31,155 nucleotides of DNA, from positions 1 to 31,155 of IMG/VR virus record IMGVR_UViG_3300035494_000079. One strand, written 5' to 3'. Position numbers and translations under genes: made by a program. This stretch comes from a virus (lineage: Duplodnaviria > Caudoviricetes). Under the pieces are notes generated by a model, which had not been told where the DNA came from, did not search any database, and saw only the letters and a program-made list of their open reading frames with translations. Below are positions 8,624 through 15,964 of this stretch, in pieces (within the stretch, counting starts at the first letter, position 1; every line of letters starts with the position of its first letter).

Positions 8624-8626
8624 ATG

Positions 8627-8655
8627 TTGCCTTTTGTTCTCGAATATTGGATAAT
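8627..8655 (+). promoter_or_regulatory. Sigma70-type promoter
   Basis: TTGCCT-N17-GATAAT in the intergenic gap. Confidence 0.7.
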
Positions 8656-8684
8656 ATGTTTAAAGGACTTAACAAGACCTTCAA

Positions 8685-8701
8685 AACTCAGAACTGGAGA
8701 A
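8685..8701 (+). repeat. 17-nt leader/RBS repeat AACTCAGAACTGGAGAA
   Basis: Exact copy at 17483-17499 and a one-mismatch-region copy at 11947-11962. Confidence 0.85.
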
Positions 8702-8706
8702 ATGCT

Positions 8707-9108
8707 ATGAAACCGATAAACGAAATGAGTACCGCTGAAATGCTTGCTGAACATAACGCGCTAACAGGCAAAAACACCAAAAGATTTGCAAGCCGTGCAG
8801 CAGGTGAAAAGCAACTCGCCAAAGCTAGAGAACAAAACAAAATGGTTGAACAACAAACTTTACCAGCAATTGAAGAAACAAAAGATCAACGTGCGGAAGC
8901 AATCGCGAAGTCTTGGGGCGACGCTGAAGTTGCTGCAAAACGCACGCGGCGCAATGGCGTGCTTGTTGATGGAAAAACTGAATACCGCTCAGTAAAAGCG
9001 GCGTTCATCGACCTTGGTTTGCCGCTTGGCAGCCATATCAAATTCCGAATGGATCTCAAAAAAGATAAAAATTTGGAGTTTCAAGGGCATGAATTTGCTC
9101 TAATCTAA
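8707..9108 (+). CDS. Hypothetical basic protein, possibly DNA-binding
   Basis: Start moved to ATG 8707 (MKPINEMS) by the GGAG RBS. Lys/Arg-rich; the C-terminal VLVDGKTEYRSVKAAF..LG resembles small HTH/NUMOD-type modules. Confidence 0.7.
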   Translation: MKPINEMSTAEMLAEHNALTGKNTKRFASRAAGEKQLAKAREQNKMVEQQTLPAIEETKDQRAEAIAKSWGDAEVAAKRTRRNGVLVDGKTEYRSVKAAFIDLGLPLGSHIKFRMDLKKDKNLEFQGHEFALI

Positions 9109-9123
9109 CTTAGAAAGGAGAAA
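9107..9123 (+). repeat. 17-nt leader/RBS repeat AACTTAGAAAGGAGAAA, copy 3
   Basis: Exact match; 9107-9132 matches 7716-7741 at 25 of 26 positions. Confidence 0.85.
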
Positions 9124-9126
9124 GTG

Positions 9127-9846
9127 ATGAAAGTTACACTCATCAACCATACGCAGGATGCAGACAATCTGCTCCTGTTCACAAAGGCGACACGCTTGGA
9201 GCTTAGCCCAGGATTGTTAGACGAGATCCGCAGCAAAACTCCTGAGCAAAAACTTGAAGAGCTTGAATACATGGCAAACACCATCCCAAGTTCTTGGGAA
9301 TTCGTTGATTATGTTTTCCTTGTTGAAGGGGTGAGCCGTGCTTATACGCACCAGCAGGTTCGAACTCGCGCAGCAAGTTATGCGCAGCAGACCATGCGTG
9401 TGTTGGACATGAATGAATTTGATTACATCTATCCGGAAAAAATAAAAGATTCTAAGCAAGCAACAAGCGTTGTTGACCAAGCGTTGAAAGGTATTAAATA
9501 CGCTTACGGCAGATTGCTTGAGCTTGGTTTTGCGCCGGAAGATGCCCGTGGGTTGTTGCCGACAAACATCAGCACGAATATTGTTTGCAAATTCAACTTG
9601 CGCACGTTTGTGGATTTGGCAAAGTCTCGCACAGGCGGTCGCACGCAAAGTGAATATCAAAAGGTCGTCAACGCCATGGTCGATGAGGTGCTTAAAGTTC
9701 ATCCTTGGGCAGAGAAGTTCTTGTTCAAAGAAGGCCGTGATTATTTCGCTGAAATTGAAGCGTTTGCAGAACGTGAATACGGCGGAGACCTTAAGAAAAA
9801 GGGTGAATTGTTGAAGATCGTTGACAAAATGCGCAAAGGCGGTTGA
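9127..9846 (+). CDS. thyX: Flavin-dependent thymidylate synthase (ThyX) family protein, divergent active site
   Basis: GVSRAYTHQQVRTRAASYAQQTMR (ThyX signature region), EDARGLLP and NLRTF motifs. The canonical RHR-x7-S appears as RTR-x7-T. Confidence 0.85.
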   Translation: MKVTLINHTQDADNLLLFTKATRLELSPGLLDEIRSKTPEQKLEELEYMANTIPSSWEFVDYVFLVEGVSRAYTHQQVRTRAASYAQQTMRVLDMNEFDYIYPEKIKDSKQATSVVDQALKGIKYAYGRLLELGFAPEDARGLLPTNISTNIVCKFNLRTFVDLAKSRTGGRTQSEYQKVVNAMVDEVLKVHPWAEKFLFKEGRDYFAEIEAFAEREYGGDLKKKGELLKIVDKMRKGG

Positions 9847-9847
9847 T

Positions 9848-10291
9848 ATGATTATCATCGACTTAGACAACACAATCAGCGATGATGGTTGGCGTATTGG
9901 CGAGATCGATTTGGAAACTGACGATCTGATTAAGCGTTATCACACATATCACATGCTTTGTGGTTTTGATGAGTTGCGCAACCGCGAACTTTTCGAAGAC
10001 AAAGATGATGTCTACGTATTCACAACGCGACCGCATTTTTATATGCCTATGACGGTTGAGTGGTTGCGACGCAACAAGGTGGTTGTGAAAGGGTTGTTTA
10101 TGCGCAATGGACACGAACGTTCTGTGGTTGCAAAAAAGTTGTTTTTGGAAGAACTTCTTTCAGCGACCAACAAGAGCGCCGCAGACATTGTTTGTGCTTA
10201 TGATGACCGAGAAGACGTTGTGAAAATGTACAAGGAAATGGGTGTCAATGCAAAATTGATTCAAATTAACAAGCCTTTGGGAGTTCACTGA
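9848..10291 (+). CDS. HAD-superfamily phosphatase (polynucleotide-kinase-phosphatase-like domain)
   Basis: Motif I IIDLDNT, motif II FTTR, motif III K, motif IV YDDREDVV..Y. Start at ATG 9848 right after the thyX stop. Confidence 0.82.
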   Translation: MIIIDLDNTISDDGWRIGEIDLETDDLIKRYHTYHMLCGFDELRNRELFEDKDDVYVFTTRPHFYMPMTVEWLRRNKVVVKGLFMRNGHERSVVAKKLFLEELLSATNKSAADIVCAYDDREDVVKMYKEMGVNAKLIQINKPLGVH

Positions 10292-10674
10292 TGGAAGAAG
10301 ATTATTACCACATTGATGCTGCTCACGAGTTGCACGAACAGAATCACAACTTGAAAGAGCCGATTCATCTAGGCAAGAAAAAGCAGCCGACAGCAGCCGA
10401 CATCCTTGAAGAAATGGGGAAAACTTTCCGTGAACGCAATAAAGTTTATGGGGACAATTTCCGCATGGTCGGTGCAATGATGAAGATTTTGTTTCCTGAA
10501 GGCGTTCCGCCGGAATTGTTGCACAGCGACAAGTTCCATTTGTTCGAACTTAAACTGGTGAAGATTTCTCGCTTTGCAATCAGCGGAATGACTCACCAAG
10601 ACAGCATTCATGATGATGCCGTTTACAGCGCCATGATCGAAGCAATTTTATTAGAAGAGGAAAACGCAAAATGA
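10291..10674 (+). CDS. All-alpha nucleotide-modification-associated protein (DUF6378/MazG-like, putative dNTP pyrophosphatase fold)
   Basis: IL...ERNKVYGD.F...LK..K.SR.....HQDS..D.A.Y pattern typical of this phage family. Confidence 0.65.
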   Translation: MEEDYYHIDAAHELHEQNHNLKEPIHLGKKKQPTAADILEEMGKTFRERNKVYGDNFRMVGAMMKILFPEGVPPELLHSDKFHLFELKLVKISRFAISGMTHQDSIHDDAVYSAMIEAILLEEENAK

Positions 10675-11357
10675 ATATTTTAATCACAGGCCATCTGCAC
10701 GGCCTAGGCGCAGCAATGTTTGATGCGCTTGCTGAAGCAGGCCATCATGTAATTGGATACGACATTGAACTTGGAAAGGATGTTTTGAACCCTGACATGA
10801 AGTTCATTGAAGAAATGTTGGATGGAGAGAAGCTTGACGTGCTGATCAACAATGCTGGTGTGAATTTGATTGATTGGTTGGAAAACTTCACCGAAGATCA
10901 ATGGGACAAGGTTCTTGACACCAACGCAAAAGGAATTTACAAAATGACGCAGGCGTTATTGCCGCATCTTGTTGAAACAAAAGGAACCGTGTTGAATGTG
11001 GTTTCCAACGCGGCGCACATGCCGATGACGTGCTCATTAGCTTACAACGCTTCCAAAGGCGCTGCGCACATCATGACGTTGCAGTTGGCGCGTGAGCTTA
11101 CCAAGAAACACGGCATCACAGTTTTCGGAATCGCACCGAACAAGTTGCGCGGAACTGAAATGAGTCATTCAATCGACGATCAAGTCGTGCAAACACGCGG
11201 ATGGACAAAAGAATTTGCGCAGGAATATCAACTCAACGGCCTTTTGACCGGAGAAGAGACAGATCCTGCTGCAGTTGCAGAATTTGTGGCATTCTTGTTG
11301 CAAGACAAGGCACACCACAAGTATTTAACTGGTTGTATTTTACCTTACGGAGCTTAA
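10671..11357 (+). CDS. Short-chain dehydrogenase/reductase (SDR)
   Basis: TGHLHGLG (TGxxxGxG), NNAG, catalytic S and YNASK. Asp after beta-2 (GYDI) suggests NAD(H). Confidence 0.92.
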   Translation: MNILITGHLHGLGAAMFDALAEAGHHVIGYDIELGKDVLNPDMKFIEEMLDGEKLDVLINNAGVNLIDWLENFTEDQWDKVLDTNAKGIYKMTQALLPHLVETKGTVLNVVSNAAHMPMTCSLAYNASKGAAHIMTLQLARELTKKHGITVFGIAPNKLRGTEMSHSIDDQVVQTRGWTKEFAQEYQLNGLLTGEETDPAAVAEFVAFLLQDKAHHKYLTGCILPYGA

Positions 11358-11361
11358 TAAA

Positions 11362-11853
11362 ATGTTAAAATTTAAAATCGAACAAATTGCAATTTGCCCA
11401 AAAGACCCTTTCGCAGCACGCGAACTTCTTGAAGCCATCGGCGCTGTTGAATGGCACGAAGACCATGTTGTTGCAACTGGCGAAGTTTTTGGCGCACACG
11501 GAACCAACGAAGCTGATCTGTCTTTCAACTATGACATGTTTGGAGGCAAAGAATTCGAGTTGCTTAATTACACAGAAGGCAATGACTGGATGCAGCACGG
11601 CGGTCGTCCTAACAGCGTCAGCCACCTTGGAATGCATTGCTCAGTTGAAGAGTTGATTCTTTGGCGAGACTTTTTCGCTGAACGCGGAATTGAAGTTGCT
11701 CAAGAAGTGTTCACCGACTCGCACACCAACCCTGTCATTGCAGGAAAGCGTTCGTACAACTACGTGATTTTCGACACAAAAGACATTTTGGGCGTTGACT
11801 TGAAATTCATCGTGCGAATCAACTTGGAAGAAATCGTCACACCGAACGATTAA
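11362..11853 (+). CDS. VOC/glyoxalase-fold protein (methylmalonyl-CoA-epimerase-like)
   Basis: Paired beta-alpha-beta-beta-beta pattern: IEQIAI...EFELL...SHLGMH...FDTKDILGVDLKFI. Confidence 0.65.
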   Translation: MLKFKIEQIAICPKDPFAARELLEAIGAVEWHEDHVVATGEVFGAHGTNEADLSFNYDMFGGKEFELLNYTEGNDWMQHGGRPNSVSHLGMHCSVEELILWRDFFAERGIEVAQEVFTDSHTNPVIAGKRSYNYVIFDTKDILGVDLKFIVRINLEEIVTPND

Positions 11854-11863
11854 CCAAATCAAA

Positions 11864-11962
11864 TTTCCAGTTTGCGGTCTGGAGAACTTTGAAGCGCCTG
11901 TTGGCTACGCAACGGAAGCGGACAAATAAACAAAACCGCCTAAATTAACTCAGAACTGGAAA
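11864..11962 (+). promoter_or_regulatory. Structured intergenic RNA / 5' leader of the exonuclease-polymerase genes
   Basis: TTTCCAGTT (11864-72) is complementary to AACTGGAAA (11954-62, the RBS); GCGGT/ACCGC pair; internal hairpin CTGTTG-GCTACG-CAACGG. Confidence 0.45.
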
Positions 11963-11967
11963 CGAAA

Positions 11968-12519
11968 ATGAAAGCGATAATATTTGACACAGAGACAACT
12001 GGATTGCTGATGCCGTCTGTTGCAGACATCGAAAAGCAACCTAAAATAATAGAAATTGGCGCGCTTGCAGTTGATGAAAATGGTGTCGTTGGAGAACTTT
12101 CTCAACTGCTGAACCCAAACGAAATTCTAGATCCGCAAATCACAAAGATAACCGGAATCAAAGATGAAGACTTGGTTGGAAAGCCATCATTCATTGAATT
12201 CCTTCCGCAGTTGAAAGAGTTTTTTGATGGAACTGACTTTTTGATCTGTCACAATGCGCCATTCGACACAGGACTTTTGAAAAATGACCTTGTCCGTGCT
12301 GATTGCGATGACTTTCCTTGGCCTGCTGAAATAATTTGCACGGTTCAAGAATACAAGCCGCAATTCGGATACAGACCAAAATTGCTAGAGCTTTATGAAC
12401 GCATTTTAGGCCGGAAGCTTGCGCAGACACACAGAGCGTTGGACGATGTTCATGCATTGTATGAAGCAATCAAGGCTGACGGTTTTATGGACTTGTTGTT
12501 TGGTGTTGAAAATGAATAA
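11968..12519 (+). CDS. 3'-5' exonuclease, DEDDh family (Pol III epsilon/DnaQ-like)
   Basis: ExoI FDTETTG, ExoII HNAPFD, ExoIII HRALDD. Confidence 0.93.
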   Translation: MKAIIFDTETTGLLMPSVADIEKQPKIIEIGALAVDENGVVGELSQLLNPNEILDPQITKITGIKDEDLVGKPSFIEFLPQLKEFFDGTDFLICHNAPFDTGLLKNDLVRADCDDFPWPAEIICTVQEYKPQFGYRPKLLELYERILGRKLAQTHRALDDVHALYEAIKADGFMDLLFGVENE

Positions 12520-12763
12520 GCAATTCACATGCAACTGCAACGCTTATAAGTTTCCGCACCGCTTTGGTTCCGGGAAATGCACTGGAGCGTTCATAGCACA
12601 GGAAACTTGGGAAAGAAATTACGGAGGAGGGATTTGCTCTTCTTGCAATTCATTCAACGAGCAAGAGCGCCGTTGTGAAGTCGTTGACGGTCAAGAAAGC
12701 ATCAAAGAGTGCGAAGCTTGGCAAGAATTCGTTGAATTCAATGAAATAAAGGTGTACAATTGA
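12512..12763 (+). CDS. Small Cys/His-rich (zinc-binding) hypothetical protein
   Basis: From ATG 12512: CNC..Y.FPHR..SGKC...CSSC...C...EC; overlaps both neighbours. Confidence 0.65.
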   Translation: MNKQFTCNCNAYKFPHRFGSGKCTGAFIAQETWERNYGGGICSSCNSFNEQERRCEVVDGQESIKECEAWQEFVEFNEIKVYN

Positions 12764-15528
12764 TGATACAACTCAGAATAAGAACGGAATATAGCTTTGG
12801 GGAAACGTTCGCCCCAATAAACCGCGTCATTGAACGCTTGAAGGAAATTGGTTGCAAGGCAGCTGGGATTGTTGACGGATCCACTTGGGGACACGTCGCA
12901 TGGTTCAAGGCTTGTACGGCGGCTGGGATTCAACCGATTCTAGGCGTTGAGTGCGTTGTTAGCGACGACGAGTCAACTCCAAAAATGTGGTTCCTGGCCA
13001 AAAATAAAGCAGGCTTAAGCGAACTTTACAATTTCACCAGCAAGAGCCACCAACAAACAATTCCAACCAAGCGCGGCTCTCTACCTAGGCTTTACCGCAA
13101 TGACGTTTTGAATATGAGCGACAACATATTCAAGTTTGCTGGAGAAGTAACAGACGGAAGTTTCCTAGCAGACGTTGGTGCTTATATTGATTTGAACCCT
13201 GCCAGCAGAATACTCAATGCACGCAAAAAGAATATAGCAAAGCAACAAGGGTTGAAGTTGGTTGAAACTTCAGACAATGCTTATGCATTCGAGGAAGACG
13301 TTGAAACGTTCGAGTTGGCTTCCAAAGCAGGAACAAAAGCAACCGCGCAGCACATCTTAGATGAGCTTGATTTTTTGGAAACGTCTCAGGAAATTGCTGA
13401 CCAATGCATTGGTCTTGAAATGCCTGTTGCACCAATGATCCACCAAGAAGGGAATTTGGAAGAGATTTGTCGTGAAGGGATAAAGTTCAGAGGCATGGAG
13501 GAAAGTTGGACGAAGGAATATGAAGAACGGCTTCTTTATGAATTGGACTTGATAAAGCTCAAGGATTATGAAAGTTACTTCATCGTCGTTGCAGATATGG
13601 TGCATTATGCCAAAAAACACATGCTTGTTGGTCCAAGCCGTGGGTCTGCAGCAGGCTCTTTGGTTTGTTATCTTGCGCGGATTACAGAAATTGATCCGAT
13701 TCCACCAAAACTTTACTTTGAACGTTTCATTGACGTAAGCCGTACAGACTTGCCTGATATTGACCTGGACTTCCCAGACAATAAGCGCCAGATGGTTTTC
13801 GATTATATGGCAGACAAATATGGGTTCAACAACGTTGCGCACATTGGAACAATCGGTCAGTTCCGGCCTAAATCTGCACTAATACAAGTGTGCAAAGCAT
13901 TGAACATCCCTCCGCAAGCAACAGGCGCGGTAAAGGTCGCAATGATCGAGCGCTCTTCAGCGGATTCACGCGCCAACAACTGCCTTGAAGACACATTCAA
14001 GGAAACAAATCCTGGTCGAGATTTCATCAAACAATACCCACAAGCAATGAGTGCAATGCGGTTGGAAGGACACGCAACGCACACAGGCGTACACGCTGCA
14101 GGATTGCTGGTTTGTAATGACGAAATAACGAATTACGCAACAGTTGACGCCAACGGAATTGCTCACATCGAAAAGGGAGCTGCAGAGTCTCTTGGGTTGT
14201 TGAAAATCGACGTTTTGGGGTTGCGCACGCTTGGCGTTTTGGAAGACAGCGGAGTTGACATAGACTGGTACAATCTGCCGTTCAACGACGAATTAACTTT
14301 CAATGTATTCAATGAAGGACGGATGTGTGGCATCTTTCAGTTTGAAGGAAACGCCTTGCGTGCAATTAGCAGAGACATTCACTTTGACAACATCATTGAA
14401 ATTGATGCTGTGACCGCACTGGCGCGTCCTGGACCATTCGCAGGCGGCGTTACTGAAAAATACGTTGACCGAAAAAATGGTGAACCTTATGAGCCAATTC
14501 ACCCTCTTGTTGAAGGGTTCATGAAGGAGACGTTTGGTTTGCCGGTTTACCAAGAGCAGACACTCGCCATCGTGCGTGAAATCGGAAAATTCGACTGGGC
14601 AGAGACTTCCACGATCCGTAAAGCAATGTCCAAGCGCATGGGTAAAGAATTTTTCAACACCTATTGGGAAAAATTCAGAGCAGGCGCAGAAAGCCAAGGA
14701 ATCAATGAACAAGAAGCGCGTCAGACGTGGGAGACAATCAACGCGATGGGTGCTTGGCAGATGAACAAGGCGCACACGTACAGTTATGCTGTAATTAGCT
14801 ATTGGACGGCTTATCTGAAAGCACACCACCCTTTGGAATTTGCTGCAGCAAACCTGCGCAACGCAAAAGACGACGACAGTGCAATTGAATTATTGCGTGA
14901 AATGGTGCGTGAAGGCGTTGAATACGTTCCGTTCGACTTGGAAAAATCAGAAAAGAATTGGTGTGTAAAAGACGGCAAGTTGTACGGCGGATTTATGGCG
15001 CTGAAAGGATTCGGACACAAAAAGGCCGAAAAATTCATTGAAGCACGCAACAACGGATCTCTAACCAAAAAGAATATTGAAGACATTGAAAAAGCTCACA
15101 ACACATTCGCAGACATTTTCCCATTCAATGAGCATTATGGACACCTTTACCAAGACCCAGCAAGCAACGGCATTGCAAGCGCAGTCGTTGAAATAAAAGA
15201 TCTTGAAAATATTCCGCACCAAGAGGAGCGCGTTTTCCTCGGTGAATTGGTTTACAAAAACGCGCGAAACTACAATGAAGAAGTTAACGTCAAAAAACGC
15301 GGCGGAAAATTAGGAACTGGTCCATTGGAATTCGTCGATGTGCGATTAAGAGACGACTCCGGAACCATTGGTGGAAGAATCGGCCGATACGACTTTGAGC
15401 GCATTGGACGTGAATTGCTTGAACGCACGCCAGTTGGTTCTCACCTTATGGTGCGGGCGAAATTCTTCAACAACATTCGATATGCATTCATAACAAAATG
15501 GAGACGATTAGATGGCGGAGAACAATGA
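12763..15528 (+). CDS. dnaE: DNA polymerase III alpha subunit-like (family C) phage polymerase
   Basis: PHP-like N-terminus (RTEYS, PILGVE), GPSRGSAAGS, FERF, catalytic PDIDLDF, HAAG, KIDVLGL, GIFQFE, RPGP, YQEQ, NKAH..SY. Confidence 0.95.
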   Translation: MIQLRIRTEYSFGETFAPINRVIERLKEIGCKAAGIVDGSTWGHVAWFKACTAAGIQPILGVECVVSDDESTPKMWFLAKNKAGLSELYNFTSKSHQQTIPTKRGSLPRLYRNDVLNMSDNIFKFAGEVTDGSFLADVGAYIDLNPASRILNARKKNIAKQQGLKLVETSDNAYAFEEDVETFELASKAGTKATAQHILDELDFLETSQEIADQCIGLEMPVAPMIHQEGNLEEICREGIKFRGMEESWTKEYEERLLYELDLIKLKDYESYFIVVADMVHYAKKHMLVGPSRGSAAGSLVCYLARITEIDPIPPKLYFERFIDVSRTDLPDIDLDFPDNKRQMVFDYMADKYGFNNVAHIGTIGQFRPKSALIQVCKALNIPPQATGAVKVAMIERSSADSRANNCLEDTFKETNPGRDFIKQYPQAMSAMRLEGHATHTGVHAAGLLVCNDEITNYATVDANGIAHIEKGAAESLGLLKIDVLGLRTLGVLEDSGVDIDWYNLPFNDELTFNVFNEGRMCGIFQFEGNALRAISRDIHFDNIIEIDAVTALARPGPFAGGVTEKYVDRKNGEPYEPIHPLVEGFMKETFGLPVYQEQTLAIVREIGKFDWAETSTIRKAMSKRMGKEFFNTYWEKFRAGAESQGINEQEARQTWETINAMGAWQMNKAHTYSYAVISYWTAYLKAHHPLEFAAANLRNAKDDDSAIELLREMVREGVEYVPFDLEKSEKNWCVKDGKLYGGFMALKGFGHKKAEKFIEARNNGSLTKKNIEDIEKAHNTFADIFPFNEHYGHLYQDPASNGIASAVVEIKDLENIPHQEERVFLGELVYKNARNYNEEVNVKKRGGKLGTGPLEFVDVRLRDDSGTIGGRIGRYDFERIGRELLERTPVGSHLMVRAKFFNNIRYAFITKWRRLDGGEQ

Positions 15529-15964
15529 CTACAAGGTGTTGAAAAAGAATCTTCCGCAAGGCAAAGACCGTCTTGACAGGATAGAAAATGTTGTTGTTGC
15601 TGGAATGCCGGACATCAACTTTTGCTGCGAAGGTGTTGAGTGTTGGTTAGAACAAAAATCGCCAAAAGAACCCAAGCGTAGCACGACGAGGCTTTTCGGA
15701 TCCAACCACAAATTGTCGCAAGACCAGATGAATTGGTTCAAGCGTCAAATGGATGCCGAAGGCAATGCTTACATATTAATAGCTTCCGACAAGCGTTGGA
15801 TGCTGATCAGCGGTGAGCATGCCGATGTCGTCAACGAATTAACAGTTGAACAACTGCTTGAAATTTCACTTTGGAACACAAACAAGCCAGTCAGGGATAA
15901 AGAATCATGGAAACAATTACGCCAAATACTAAATTCAAAACACAACCTTACAAGCACCAATTAG
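15512..15964 (+). CDS. PD-(D/E)xK nuclease (VRR-NUC / Holliday-junction-resolvase-like)
   Basis: RIEN...GMPD.....WLEQK and LS..Q..W motifs; directly upstream of an SNF2 helicase. Confidence 0.8.
   Translation: MAENNDYKVLKKNLPQGKDRLDRIENVVVAGMPDINFCCEGVECWLEQKSPKEPKRSTTRLFGSNHKLSQDQMNWFKRQMDAEGNAYILIASDKRWMLISGEHADVVNELTVEQLLEISLWNTNKPVRDKESWKQLRQILNSKHNLTSTN

Noticed and set aside
9217-9873. 218-aa minus-strand ORF opposite thyX
   Set aside because: Mirror-frame shadow of a motif-bearing gene; the other short overlapping track ORFs were dismissed for the same reason.
7736-11853. Known modification systems (7-deazaguanine, 2-aminoadenine, hmC/hmU with glycosyl- or amino-transferases, DNA methyltransferases)
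   Set aside because: No FolE/QueC/QueD/DpdA, PurZ, ThyA-type hydroxymethylase, glycosyltransferase or methyltransferase motifs were recognised, so the block does not match these pathways.
11854-11967. Intergenic structure considered as a tRNA or intrinsic terminator
   Set aside because: No cloverleaf, T-loop or CCA, and no U-tract after the hairpins.
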